From Candidatus Hadarchaeum sp. (GTDB lineage: Archaea > Hadarchaeota > Hadarchaeia > Hadarchaeales > Hadarchaeaceae), in assembly GCF_038871235.1 (NCBI RefSeq), contig NZ_JAVZIN010000006.1:43316-107315 (forward strand): a stretch of 64,000 bases of DNA, in the 5' to 3' direction. Shown here one piece after another: positions 45,507 to 57,993 of this stretch. A program made the position numbers and the translations under genes. The notes beneath the pieces were generated by a model. The model was given only the letters and a program-made list of their open reading frames with translations. It was not told the DNA's origin and made no database searches. Position 1 is the stretch's first letter. The number at the start of each line of letters is the position of its first letter.

Positions 45507-47873
45507 ATGAAAAGCAGAAGAACAGGGGGCACAGGCAAGCAGTCCGGTTTACCTTTAGTTCTGAATCTCATAAAGACTACGCCGCTGTCCATCGTAGTCC
45601 ATGATCCCAAAGGGAAAATCGTGGCATGGAGCCGGGGAGCTGAAAAGCTTTTGGGTTACTCGGCAAATGAAATGGTTGGCACCAGTTTTTACAACCTTCT
45701 CTCCAGCGATGCTGGAGTGAAAGAAGAAAAGATTGTCGCTAAGATGTCATGTGGCGAACTGGGTCGCTGTGAGTCTCGATTGGTTACAAAGGATGGCCGC
45801 ATTCTTGACGTATGGACAATAGTTTCACCTTGGTGCGACGTTTCAGGTCAAGTGATTGCTATCTTTAGGTTTATCGAGGACATCAGCGAGCGCAAGGAAA
45901 TTGAGAGTAAAATTATGATGTCCGAGAAGGAAAAACGTTTGATTCTAGACGGAATTCAAGAACTGATTGCTTACCAAGATCTGGATAACCGCGTTCTTTG
46001 GGTAAACGCGGCGGCGGCTAGATCGGTTAGCCAGACGTCAGAAGAATTGGTGGGAAGGTTCTGTTACGAGATATGGCACCAGCGAAAGGCGCCCTGTGAG
46101 GGCTGTCCTGTGGTGATGGCCAGAGTAACAGGACGGCCACAGGAGGCCGAAATAGCTTCTCCCGATGGTAGGTTTTGGCACATCCGTGGCTATCCGGTTC
46201 AGGATAAAAGCGGCCAAGTTTCTGGAGTGATTGAAATTACATCGGAAATCACCGAGCGCAAGCTGGCTGAAAGGGAACGTCACGAATTTGAGAAAAGGTA
46301 TCGGGACATCATTAACGGCACTTCAGATGTCGTGTTACAGATAGATTTGGAGGGCAACTTTATCTACATGAATAAAAGCTTCGAAACGGAAACCGGTTAT
46401 TCCTTTGAGGAGATTAGAGGCAGAAATATCAAAGAGTTCCTCGTTGGGGAATCTTATCAAAAAGCGATGGAAAGATTGGAGAAGAGGAAAAAGGGAGAGA
46501 AGTCTTTGCCTCCATTTGAAGTGCAGGTAAAGGCCAAAGACGGCAGGATAATATTTTTCGAATTAAACACCTCACCAATATTTAAGGAAAAAAAGCTTGT
46601 TGCTATAAATATCGTAGCCAGAAATATCACTATGCGCAAAGAGATGGAGGAAATGTTGCGCGTGAGCGAAGAGAAATACCACTCTTTGATCGAATCGTCA
46701 GGCGATCCGATATTTCTGCTCGACAGGGAGCTAAAATTTCTTTACGCCAACAAAGCATTTTTGGCTCGTTTGGGCCTTTCGTGGGACGAAGTAGTAGGCA
46801 GATCCTTTGCTGACCTTTACCCAGCCCAAGCGGTGGAAAGACTTAGTGAGGCCGTAAACAATATCTTGGAAACGGGAAAGCTGGTACAACAGGAGTTTTG
46901 GAGCGAGAAACTTCAAGGAGTTTTCCTCCGGACGATTAGTCCGGTTAAGAATCCAATGACGGACGAAATCACAGCATTTACCGTTGTTTCTAAGGACATA
47001 ACAGCACTCAAGACGATGGAGGCTTCCCTGCGCGAGTACGGGGAAAAATTGAGAGCGATAGTCGATTTCTCCCCTGATGGCATTCTGATCACTGATTTAA
47101 GGCATAAGATAATTGATTGCAACCGAGCCGCGCTCAAAATGCTTGGAATTACAAATAGGGATGAGCTGATCGGTAAGGATATTCTGGACATGATCTCACC
47201 AGAGACAAAAAATAAGATGGAAGGCGATATTGAGGAAACCAAAAAATTGGGAATTAAACGAGATATGAGGTATGGTTTAATGAACGGCATTGAAATCCCT
47301 GCCGAGATTTCCATTTCCACTATCCCCGATTCAACAGGCAAACCGCAGTCCCTATTGTTCGTGATAAAGGACATCACGGAACGGCTGAGAATGGAGGAGA
47401 GGATGAGGGAGTTTATCTACAAGGTGAACAACATCTTGCCCGGAGATCTTTGCCTTCACAGCTCCCATAGAGCGACCTACAACATCTTCACGCAATTAGT
47501 GATGCATGGAATCGCTGGGCTCTGTTTTACTAGAGAGAAACCTGATGAATTAGTCAACTATGGCATCCCTAAGGATAAGATCATAGTTATCTCGACGATT
47601 CCTGTGCAAGGGTATGAGAACGTTGATGGACTTCAGCAGGTTAGTCTGAGGATTTCTGAATTTCTCAAGGAACATGAAAATTCCGTGGTCTTGCTAGATG
47701 GCCTTGAGTACTTGGTTAGTAGGTCGGGATTTGATTTGGTTTATCGGTTCCTACAGGAAAAGCGCTTCAACTTCCTAGAGAGCAAATCAGTAATGCTCAT
47801 TCCTGTTAACCTATCCGTTTTCACCGACAAGGAACGTGCTCTCATTTCTGCCGAGGCCAACATAATCGGATAG
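45507..47873 (+). CDS. Five tandem PAS domains fused to C-terminal DUF835
   Basis: Five PAS/PAC units ending DISERK, EITERK, NITMRK, DITALK, DITERL; C-terminal 'GLCFTRE.P', 'VVLLDGLEYL'. Confidence 0.85.
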   Translation: MKSRRTGGTGKQSGLPLVLNLIKTTPLSIVVHDPKGKIVAWSRGAEKLLGYSANEMVGTSFYNLLSSDAGVKEEKIVAKMSCGELGRCESRLVTKDGRILDVWTIVSPWCDVSGQVIAIFRFIEDISERKEIESKIMMSEKEKRLILDGIQELIAYQDLDNRVLWVNAAAARSVSQTSEELVGRFCYEIWHQRKAPCEGCPVVMARVTGRPQEAEIASPDGRFWHIRGYPVQDKSGQVSGVIEITSEITERKLAERERHEFEKRYRDIINGTSDVVLQIDLEGNFIYMNKSFETETGYSFEEIRGRNIKEFLVGESYQKAMERLEKRKKGEKSLPPFEVQVKAKDGRIIFFELNTSPIFKEKKLVAINIVARNITMRKEMEEMLRVSEEKYHSLIESSGDPIFLLDRELKFLYANKAFLARLGLSWDEVVGRSFADLYPAQAVERLSEAVNNILETGKLVQQEFWSEKLQGVFLRTISPVKNPMTDEITAFTVVSKDITALKTMEASLREYGEKLRAIVDFSPDGILITDLRHKIIDCNRAALKMLGITNRDELIGKDILDMISPETKNKMEGDIEETKKLGIKRDMRYGLMNGIEIPAEISISTIPDSTGKPQSLLFVIKDITERLRMEERMREFIYKVNNILPGDLCLHSSHRATYNIFTQLVMHGIAGLCFTREKPDELVNYGIPKDKIIVISTIPVQGYENVDGLQQVSLRISEFLKEHENSVVLLDGLEYLVSRSGFDLVYRFLQEKRFNFLESKSVMLIPVNLSVFTDKERALISAEANIIG

Positions 47874-48037
47874 AAGAAACATGAAGTACTGGGCGGGCTC
47901 AGGCTGAAGTTTCCGTTCATTATTTTCACGTAACCCTCTTTTCTTCATCGCCCATTGTTATTGAAACTTAGTTATTTTTTAGCATTTTGATCAATTTTCT
48001 TGGCGGTTTACTCTGGATAAGGGATTCAGATAAAGCG

Positions 48038-50328
<2,291 letters not shown>

Positions 50329-50399
50329 TGTTGGTAATTAAAAGTAAACGATGCACGAGATGCTTTAAATTTTATGCTTGCGGTGGGGCCCGAGTTTTA

Positions 50400-50816
50400 T
50401 TAGTGGATATCTCCGCTGTTTAGCTCCTGGACTGGCTTTCCTTCGCGAGTGCGCGGGGCGAGATAATCGATGAGCCGTTCAATGTCCGAAGCTTCGAGGT
50501 GAACTTTGATGGGTCCAAGGGGCGACTCCCCGTCGGTAAAGCTGATTTTGCCGACAAAGGCGACCTGTTTGTTCAGCAGGAATTCAGTGGTATTGTCCTT
50601 TCTGTTTGCAAACATGGTTGCTCTGGCCGTGTCTAGTATGGCTTGCTGTCTCAGCAGCTGGTGGAGCTTGGAGAGGGCCGTGACGTCGGTGGATTCTCCT
50701 ATCAGTTTTCGCCCGACCAGCTCTAACTTCAGGGTCGGAAATATGTTTTTTACTGCAGCTTCAACCTTTTCGCGTGACTCGGTTGCCCTGACCTCGGTCT
50801 CCACCCGAAGTTTCAC
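50400..50816 (-). CDS. UPF0201/DUF54 putative RNA-binding protein
   Basis: 'TES.EKV..AVKNIFP', 'ILDTAR', 'LNKQVAFVG', 'SPLGPI'. Confidence 0.85.
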   Translation of the reverse strand: MKLRVETEVRATESREKVEAAVKNIFPTLKLELVGRKLIGESTDVTALSKLHQLLRQQAILDTARATMFANRKDNTTEFLLNKQVAFVGKISFTDGESPLGPIKVHLEASDIERLIDYLAPRTREGKPVQELNSGDIH

Positions 50817-51379
50817 AGGCTTTCCCCCAAGATCTTTTTTAATAATTCTTCTGCTTTTTTCTGCAGCTCTTGGAGGCTGCCTTCATTCACGATGAGGAAG
50901 TCAGCCAGAGCGAGGGCATCGCCTAAGCCCCAGCCCAATTCTCGTTTATCCTTCTGGTGAAAACTTTTGATGTCGACGGTGTCGTCCTCTCTTCCTCGGG
51001 ACGATGTTCTCAGATATCTGGTCCTTTGGCTTGACCAGCAACCGATGAGATGAAAATTTTTACCGAAGGATTTTCGAAATACCTCAACCTCAGCCATGCC
51101 TCTAATACCGTCAACGATGACTGCCCGCTGATCCTTTCCTATTCTTTTGATGACGGGAATACAGCGCTTGGCGATAGTTCCCATGCCTTCCCTCTTACGC
51201 AGCTCGTTGGAGAGCCTAGCAACGTTCCGCTCAGTTATCCTTTTTCCGCGGTTCCTCAATTCCTCCCAAACGACATCCCCCATCCTAACACTGGGAACGC
51301 CGAGTTTGGCAAACACCTTGGCAACTTCAGTCTTACCTGATCCTGGCAGGCCGACAATGCCGATTACTTGCGGAGCCAT
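50813..51379 (-). CDS. UPF0200 P-loop nucleotide kinase-like protein
   Basis: GLPGSGKT, 'MGDVV', 'VDGIR', 'RGREDD', 'RELGWG'. Confidence 0.85.
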   Translation of the reverse strand: MAPQVIGIVGLPGSGKTEVAKVFAKLGVPSVRMGDVVWEELRNRGKRITERNVARLSNELRKREGMGTIAKRCIPVIKRIGKDQRAVIVDGIRGMAEVEVFRKSFGKNFHLIGCWSSQRTRYLRTSSRGREDDTVDIKSFHQKDKRELGWGLGDALALADFLIVNEGSLQELQKKAEELLKKILGESL

Positions 51380-51612
51380 TACAATTCGACCACGATCAGC
51401 GTAGTGGTATTAGTAACACCAGGGATGCTTCGGATGTCACCGAAGATGGCCTTCGTCAGCTTTTCCAGCGAGTCGACTTCAATCCTAGCCACAATGTCGT
51501 AGGGGCCGGCGACGGCTTCGGCCTTCTTCACCCCTTCAATGAGCTTTACCTTTTTGAAAACTTCGGCAGTCTTTCCAGGCTCCGCCGAGATCAGGCTGTA
51601 TGCGTTTACCAT
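51379..51612 (-). CDS. Stand-alone Lrp/AsnC ligand-binding (RAM) domain
   Basis: 'GPYDIVARIE', 'IRSIPGV..TTTLI'; no HTH. Confidence 0.88.
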   Translation of the reverse strand: MVNAYSLISAEPGKTAEVFKKVKLIEGVKKAEAVAGPYDIVARIEVDSLEKLTKAIFGDIRSIPGVTNTTTLIVVEL

Positions 51613-51673
51613 TTCGATACCTCCAATTTATATCTTCACATTTTCCTTAAAAAAGCCAAGGGAAAATTTCCAT

Positions 51674-53032
51674 CTATGCTTTCAGGTATTCTTTGATCTT
51701 TTTCAGTACGATTTCCCTAAGCCTCTCCAGTTCCGCTTCGTCGCGTCCCTCAACAACCAAGCGCGCCTTGGGCTCGGTCCCAGAGGTTCTGACGAGGATC
51801 CAGCTGCCGTTTTTCCTGTTGATCCTGACCCCGTCAACTTCCACGACTTCATGAATTTCGTCCACGCTGGACAAAAGGTAATCGCGCATCTCATGCATGA
51901 ATTCATCCTTAATCTCGTCGGGGCATTCGAAGTCGTTGTAGTATGTTGGGTAATTAGGGACTCTTTCCGCGATTATCTCCGACAACGGCTTCGACTCGGT
52001 AGACAGCAATTCCAGTAGCTTGGCAGCGCTAAAGACACCATCCGCCCATGGCCCAAGCTCCAGAAAGACAAGCTTCCCGGGCTCGGCGGCAAAGCAGGCG
52101 TGGCGCTCCAGCATGGCTTCGGTGAAATCACCTAGCCCAGTTCTATAGACCTTACCACCCGCCCTCGCCACCACCTCGTCAATGGCCACGGAGGTATTGA
52201 TGCTCGTCACCACCGTTCCACCGTTTGATCGCGCCACGGCAAGTTCTGCAAAAAGGGCGATAATCGTGTCAGCTTTCACAAAGTTTCCCTGTTCATCAAC
52301 TACAGCAATCCTGTCAGCATCACCATCGTGCGCCAAGCCGATGTCGGCATTAGCCTCACGCACCGTGGCCATGAGGTCGGTCAGGTTCCATGGCTGCGGC
52401 TCCGGAGGCCTGCCTGGGAAGTGACCGTCCGGATGGGCGTTGAGCGTAACAACCTTGCAGCCCAGCTCGCGCAAAAGCCGCGGCGTTACCAGAGAACCAG
52501 CCCCGTTAGCGCAGTCAACTACCACCTTAAGACCGGGCCTCACTTTCACCAATTTTTTGATGGCGTTGAGGTAGGGGGTAATCGGCTCGTATCTTCGCAC
52601 AGTGCCAAGTTCATCCCACTTGGAAATCTTACCCCCACTCCCGAAGAATATCCGCTCTAGGGAGACCTCGTCTTCGGTTAGAAATTCGGTTCCGTCCGAG
52701 CGGTAGAAGGCGATGCCGTTGTCCTCGGGCGGGTTGTGGGAGGCGGTGATGATGGCACCGGCTCCAGCTCCCAGAGATCTGGTGGTGAAGGCTAGGCAGG
52801 GCGAAGGAACAGTGCCAATTTCAATGACATTCGATCCACCCGAGATGAGGCCGGCGGTGAAGGCACGGGTCAACATCTCGCCAGAGGTCCGCGTGTCCCA
52901 TCCGACCACCACCTCTCCACCGTTAACGTATTCCGCTAGGGCGCAGCCAAGCCTCAGCATGAGTTCCGGGGTTACCTTTGTTGATAGCGGCCCACGGATG
53001 CCCCTAGTGCCGAAGAGCTTTTTCCCGATCAT
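51674..53032 (-). CDS. glmM: Phosphoglucosamine mutase / phosphohexomutase
   Basis: 'FGT.GIRG', TASHNP, DGDADR, 'R.SGTEP'. Confidence 0.88.
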   Translation of the reverse strand: MIGKKLFGTRGIRGPLSTKVTPELMLRLGCALAEYVNGGEVVVGWDTRTSGEMLTRAFTAGLISGGSNVIEIGTVPSPCLAFTTRSLGAGAGAIITASHNPPEDNGIAFYRSDGTEFLTEDEVSLERIFFGSGGKISKWDELGTVRRYEPITPYLNAIKKLVKVRPGLKVVVDCANGAGSLVTPRLLRELGCKVVTLNAHPDGHFPGRPPEPQPWNLTDLMATVREANADIGLAHDGDADRIAVVDEQGNFVKADTIIALFAELAVARSNGGTVVTSINTSVAIDEVVARAGGKVYRTGLGDFTEAMLERHACFAAEPGKLVFLELGPWADGVFSAAKLLELLSTESKPLSEIIAERVPNYPTYYNDFECPDEIKDEFMHEMRDYLLSSVDEIHEVVEVDGVRINRKNGSWILVRTSGTEPKARLVVEGRDEAELERLREIVLKKIKEYLKA

Positions 53033-53208
53033 GGTTCGTCCTACAAACCTTCTGCAACCTTAGTTATTCTTTCTTTCGTTTTACATTATATAGCTCCAGG
53101 CGACCATGTGTTATGGGCAAAGATCTTGAGCGGCCGGGTTGTGAACGCAATTCTTTTTAAAAGCAAATCCTGCTCAGCAAAGCGGAAAGGAAAATTATCT
53201 CTGAGATT

Positions 53209-53613
53209 ATGGGCTGGGATGAGGAACTGAAACAGATAAGGGAGAAAAAACTTAAGAAACTGATGGGAAGGGCGGGCAAGGGTGGACAGAAGGCGATGCC
53301 GGGTAAACCGATGGAACTTAACGCGACTTCTTTCAGGGAACTGATTAGGGCTCACCCTATTGTGGTGGTAGATTGCTGGGCCTCCTAATGCACCCCGTGT
53401 CGCTTGATCGCATCAATTGTTGAGGAATTGGTCCAGAAGTAGGGAGAATAACCTTCGGGAAATTCAACGTGGATGAGAATCCAGAGATCGCCTGAGTTCC
53501 AGATAATGGGAATCTCCATACTATTGGTGTTTAATCAGGGTAAGCTGGTCGATCGCATCGTCGGGGCCATGCCAAAGAATGCCTTGGAAGTTAGGATTGT
53601 CCGCCTGCTCTGA
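53209..53613 (+). pseudogene. trxA: Thioredoxin pseudogene
   Basis: MGWDEELKQIREKKL...VVVDCWAS*CTPCRLI; in-frame TAA at 53386-53388, TAG near 53440, two frameshifts; downstream FGKFNVDENP and LLVFNQGKLVDRIVGA remain recognisable. Confidence 0.88.
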
Positions 53614-53622
53614 AGCGGTCCT

Positions 53623-54564
53623 TCAGCTCCGGTAGTGGTAGGGCCTTTTGATATAGCCGAAAGCGTCAATAGTGGCTATGATCGCCTGACCCACCGCCAC
53701 GCCAACCTGCTTAACCGGTGCCGCGGTCACATCACCGGCAGCATAAACGCCAGGGATATTGGTCCTCTGCCGGCTGTCGACGATAATGTAACCGTGTTCG
53801 TCAACCTTAACTCCCGCTTCCTTGGCTATCTGGCTGTTTGGGATCTCCCCTACTTGAATGAAAACGCCATCAATTTTCAACTCGCTGGTCTCGCCGGTTT
53901 TGTTGTTGAACAGAACCACGCTTCGGACTGAGGTGTCTCCTTTTATCTCCTTTACCTCAGTATTCCACAGTATTTCCACGTTTTTGTTCAGCAGATCTCT
54001 CACGTAGGCTTCCTCAGCCCTCAGCCTGTCCCGCCGGTGGGCCAGCTTGACGTTAGCGGCGATGTTTGATAGGTAGAGGGCGGAAACAGCTGCCGAGTTG
54101 CCTCCACCCACGACCAAGACGTTTTTTCCACGGAAGAAAGCGCCATCGCAGAGGGGACAATAGCTCACACCCTTACCACGGAACTCACTTTCCCCCGGCA
54201 CACCGAGTTCTCGAAGGCTGCAGCCCGAGGCGACGACGACGGCCTTGGCCTCGTATTCTCCACTTTCAGTCTTAATCCGCTTTTTTTCACCCGCCAAGTC
54301 AAGCGCAATAACCTTTTCAAACTGTTTGATGGGAACGCCAAATTTTTGGCAGTGTTCCGTCATCCGGGCCATCAGCTCCTGACCGCTGATGGAGGGGAAG
54401 CCCGGGTAGTTTTCTATCAACGGAGATTCAGCGGCAGTGCCTCCAGGAATTTTCTCCTCTATGACCAGTGTTTTAAGCCCGCTGCGAACCCCGTAGAGGC
54501 CGGCGGTCAACCCAGCTGGCCCGGCGCCTATTATCACCAGCTCCCATTGCTCCATTTTTATCAC
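53623..54564 (-). CDS. trxB: Thioredoxin-disulfide reductase
   Basis: GAGPAG, 'IENYPG', CPLC (CxxC), 'GGGNSA', 'T..PGVYAAGD'. Confidence 0.93.
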   Translation of the reverse strand: MIKMEQWELVIIGAGPAGLTAGLYGVRSGLKTLVIEEKIPGGTAAESPLIENYPGFPSISGQELMARMTEHCQKFGVPIKQFEKVIALDLAGEKKRIKTESGEYEAKAVVVASGCSLRELGVPGESEFRGKGVSYCPLCDGAFFRGKNVLVVGGGNSAAVSALYLSNIAANVKLAHRRDRLRAEEAYVRDLLNKNVEILWNTEVKEIKGDTSVRSVVLFNNKTGETSELKIDGVFIQVGEIPNSQIAKEAGVKVDEHGYIIVDSRQRTNIPGVYAAGDVTAAPVKQVGVAVGQAIIATIDAFGYIKRPYHYRS

Positions 54565-54607
54565 TTTAATCTCACATTATCTCGTCATGAATGTTGAACA
54601 GATTCAT

Positions 54608-55174
54608 TTATTTTATTAGCGCCTCAGCCAGGATGAGCACCCCGATAATTAGAAACACCGCACTGGTGATTATTTTAAGATATCTCTTCGGCATGAACTT
54701 CATCAGCCTGTAGCCTATCAATACCCCCAATCCCATGAGAAGGGCAAATGCGGCCGCCATCCCCACAAAAATGAACAATGGGGTGTTGTATTTGATGGCC
54801 AGCGCGATCACCGAGAATTGTGTTTTATCACCAAGCTCCAGCAGAGCCAGCATCGAGAATGAGGTCAGCAATGCCGGCTTGCTTTTTTTAACATCTATTT
54901 TTTCCTCGTCGTTCGGGATTAGATTTTTTATGCCGAACGAAATGAAGATGGCCGCGCTGATCAGTTTCAAAAGCTGAAGGGGAAGCAACCCTGCCAGCGC
55001 TGTGCCTATCAGTATGCTTATTCCATCTATGGCGATAACGGCCAGCATGGCGCCGACAAAAACCGACAGGGGGCGATATCTGCAGGACAGCGTTATGACG
55101 GCGAGCTGGGTCTTGTCGCCCAATTCTGCCAGCGCTATTATGCCAAAGGTTGTTACTAATGGTGTTAGGTCCAT
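54608..55174 (-). CDS. TMEM165/GDT1 family cation transporter
   Basis: Two ELGDKTQ motifs. Confidence 0.93.
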   Translation of the reverse strand: MDLTPLVTTFGIIALAELGDKTQLAVITLSCRYRPLSVFVGAMLAVIAIDGISILIGTALAGLLPLQLLKLISAAIFISFGIKNLIPNDEEKIDVKKSKPALLTSFSMLALLELGDKTQFSVIALAIKYNTPLFIFVGMAAAFALLMGLGVLIGYRLMKFMPKRYLKIITSAVFLIIGVLILAEALIK

Positions 55175-55260
55175 TTAAATCTCAATAATATACACACAAC
55201 GGCAATAAAACCGTTTAATCTCTTCTTGTACACGAAATATTTTAATGATTGACCTCGTTC

Positions 55261-55599
55261 TTATTCTTTCAGCTCGTTTTGGATTTCCTCAATGGATTTG
55301 TCGATCCCGAATGTGCGCAGCAGACTGTTCATCTCTTGGTTCGCTTTTTCTCTGGCGGATTTTTCGTCAACTCCGGAGTTGATGAGTTCCTCTTCAATCA
55401 GGTCGCGGTAGATGGCAACGTTGGCCATGAAGTCCTCAGGGCTAATGCTACCGATGGCGATCCCAGCGTGGATCATGACCAGCTGTCCCGGAGAAATGCC
55501 CTCAAAGCCGACCAATACACCCCTCCTCACGCCGCCGAGGTCCACTGTGGCTATCTGGCCACTTACGCTGATCACTTTAGCAGGTACTCCCCAGCACAT
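55261..55599 (-). CDS. hypC: Hydrogenase maturation chaperone HypC with a C-terminal extension
   Basis: MCWGVP, 'VMIHAGIAI'. Confidence 0.9.
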   Translation of the reverse strand: MCWGVPAKVISVSGQIATVDLGGVRRGVLVGFEGISPGQLVMIHAGIAIGSISPEDFMANVAIYRDLIEEELINSGVDEKSAREKANQEMNSLLRTFGIDKSIEEIQNELKE

Positions 55600-55600
55600 G

Positions 55601-56782
55601 TTAGCCACCTCTTCCCTGCCTAGCCCAGACGTTGCAGGTGCCTTCTGAGGATACCATACATGGGCCCCATGGCTTGGTCGGTGAACAGCCCTTCATGAAC
55701 ATCGGACACTCCACTGGCTTTGAGATGCCGACAACTACCTCGCCGCACCTGCACCCAGCTGGTAGATCATCCCCGGTTCCATCGGGGACATTCGACTTTA
55801 GTTTTAGTTCGGGTAGGCCGAAGTATCTTATTGCATCAAACCTGTCGAAGAATTCACCTTTTAGCCTCAGCCCGCTCTGCGGTATGGTTCCTAGCCCCCT
55901 CCACAAGGCATCAGTTTTTTCAAAGACAGACTCGATGGCGTCTTTAGCGTAGAGGTTCCCTTCCCACTTAACCAGCCTTTTGTACTCTATCCTTGTTTCC
56001 GCGCGCTTTTCTTTAATCATGAGCAATAGCTGGGCCACGGCCATGAGCACATCGATGGGTTCAAATCCGGCCACAACGGTAGGTAAGTGGTGTTCCTTCG
56101 GAAGAAAATCCCATGCGGAGGCCCCTGTTATTGCTGAGACATGTCCGGGCGCAATTATCCCGCGGATGGGGAGCAATCCTCTATTCTGGTGGAGCTTAAT
56201 GGTATATTTCATGGCCGGAGGTGTCAGCCTGATGGCATTGAGAAATTTTAGGTTTTCCGGGACCAAACCCTCCTTGAAGGACAACGCATAGCTCGGAGCA
56301 GTGGTTTCGAACCCGATCGCGAAGAAGATGCTGTCCCTGCCGCTTTTACCTGCGTCGGCAACGGCATCGAGGTAGCTGTAAACGACCTTGACCTCGCCGC
56401 CGCAGGATTTGGCTTCCTCCAGACTGCTTGGATATCCAGAACTAGGTCCCCGAAGCTTCAGGACGTCCCCATAGGTGTAGACTCTCACCCCTTCCATCGC
56501 CAGTTTAATAGCGGCCTCAACATAGTGGGCAGGGGTCACGCAGACGGGGCAACCCGGTCCAGCCACTAGGTCCAAATAGGGCGGCAATAGTGACCTAATT
56601 CCATACCTCGTGGTGGTCCACTCGTGAGTACCGCAGAAATTCATTATTTTTATCGATTCAACATTTTCCCTTGTTTTGATTTCCCGGGCATGGGCATGTA
56701 TGGTTTCCTTGAGCTTTTCAGCTAAGGACAGGTTTTGTCTGAATATCTGTCTTATCCGATCTTGGTTAAAGGACGAAACCAT
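55601..56782 (-). CDS. hypD: Hydrogenase maturation protein HypD
   Basis: CGTHE, GPGCPVC, GFETT, PGHVS, 'GPCMVSSEGTC'. Confidence 0.95.
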   Translation of the reverse strand: MVSSFNQDRIRQIFRQNLSLAEKLKETIHAHAREIKTRENVESIKIMNFCGTHEWTTTRYGIRSLLPPYLDLVAGPGCPVCVTPAHYVEAAIKLAMEGVRVYTYGDVLKLRGPSSGYPSSLEEAKSCGGEVKVVYSYLDAVADAGKSGRDSIFFAIGFETTAPSYALSFKEGLVPENLKFLNAIRLTPPAMKYTIKLHQNRGLLPIRGIIAPGHVSAITGASAWDFLPKEHHLPTVVAGFEPIDVLMAVAQLLLMIKEKRAETRIEYKRLVKWEGNLYAKDAIESVFEKTDALWRGLGTIPQSGLRLKGEFFDRFDAIRYFGLPELKLKSNVPDGTGDDLPAGCRCGEVVVGISKPVECPMFMKGCSPTKPWGPCMVSSEGTCNVWARQGRGG

Positions 56783-56946
56783 GCCGCAGCACCATCTGGC
56801 TTATCTAGGCAGCGGTTAATAAAAGAGCACACCCATTGTATCTCGTGGCAGATGAGTCATTTTTCCTTTTTTTAAATTTGATGGCAAGGTTTAAATTCAC
56901 TCGTTCATTAGTCTGAAAGAAGTGGACCTGTCTTGGTGGTGAAAGT

Positions 56947-57993
56947 TTGGAAAAATACCTGGTGGCAAAGACGAGCTTCCTCAAACGAATAGACCAAGAG
57001 ATCAGGGAGGGCAATGAAGTTGTGGCACCGGTGAGGCAGGAGAACCAGGCTAATTTCAGGAGGTTAAAGTCAACCGAAGAAATTCTCTGGGGAGGCCCGC
57101 AGACGGTTATTTCGGCCAAGTCGTTTGTTTTTCCCCAGAAGGAGGAGTTACTCAGGTATGAGATGAATGATGAGATTAAGGTTCAGCCCAAGGTTGAGGC
57201 GAGACCGCTGATCCTGCTGGGCGTGCATCCCTGTGACATCAATGGGATCTCGCTTTTGGATAAGGTTTTCACGGAGAAGAATTTGGATGAGAATTATATT
57301 AAGAAGCGAGAAAATCTGACTATCATCGGTGTCGAATGCTTGGAACCCTGTAGTCCGGAATCTTTCTGCTACCGCAAGGGTTCCGTGGTTCCATCGGATG
57401 GTTTTGATCTCTTTCTGACGGATATGGGTAGGAACTTTTTCGTTGAAGTTGGTTCCTCAAGAGGAGAATCATTTATCTCTGGCTTGGGAAAGAAAGCCAC
57501 GCAGGCCGATTTGGAGAAGGTTAAAAAGATCAGAAGGGAAAGGGACGCGCTGTTTGACCGAGAACAGCGGAAATTAAAGCCCAAGCTTTCGGAATTACCC
57601 CTGTTGCTGAAGGAAAACTACGATTCAGCTGTGTGGGCCGAGCGCGGGGTCAGATGCTTTGGATGCGGCTCTTGCAACATGGTCTGTCCCACCTGCTATT
57701 GTTTTGACGTTAGGGACTGCGTCGAGCTAGATCTGAGACACGGCAGCCGTTTGAGGTGGTGGGATGGGTGCATGCTCACCGATTTCACTAGGGTGGCCAC
57801 CGGCGAAATCTTCCGGGAGGATCGGGGGGCAAGACTTCGCCACCGAACTTATCGCAAGGATTGTTATCTGTTTGAAAAGTGGGGGAGAAGCTTTTGTACC
57901 GGGTGTGGCAGGTGCGGGAAGGCCTGCCTGACAAAGATCGTTGATCCCTTGGACATCGCCAACGAGATCTATGAGAGGAGCCGATCAAGATGA
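56947..57993 (+). CDS. hydB: Group 3b hydrogenase (sulfhydrogenase) beta Fe-S subunit
   Basis: 'GVHPCD', 'CFGCGSCNMVCPTCYCF', 'WDGC', 'CTGCGRC..AC'. Confidence 0.88.
   Translation: MEKYLVAKTSFLKRIDQEIREGNEVVAPVRQENQANFRRLKSTEEILWGGPQTVISAKSFVFPQKEELLRYEMNDEIKVQPKVEARPLILLGVHPCDINGISLLDKVFTEKNLDENYIKKRENLTIIGVECLEPCSPESFCYRKGSVVPSDGFDLFLTDMGRNFFVEVGSSRGESFISGLGKKATQADLEKVKKIRRERDALFDREQRKLKPKLSELPLLLKENYDSAVWAERGVRCFGCGSCNMVCPTCYCFDVRDCVELDLRHGSRLRWWDGCMLTDFTRVATGEIFREDRGARLRHRTYRKDCYLFEKWGRSFCTGCGRCGKACLTKIVDPLDIANEIYERSRSR

Noticed and set aside
53386-53388. In-frame stop next to the thioredoxin CxxC as possible Sec/Pyl recoding
   Set aside because: The codon is TAA at a Trp position, and further stops and frameshifts follow.
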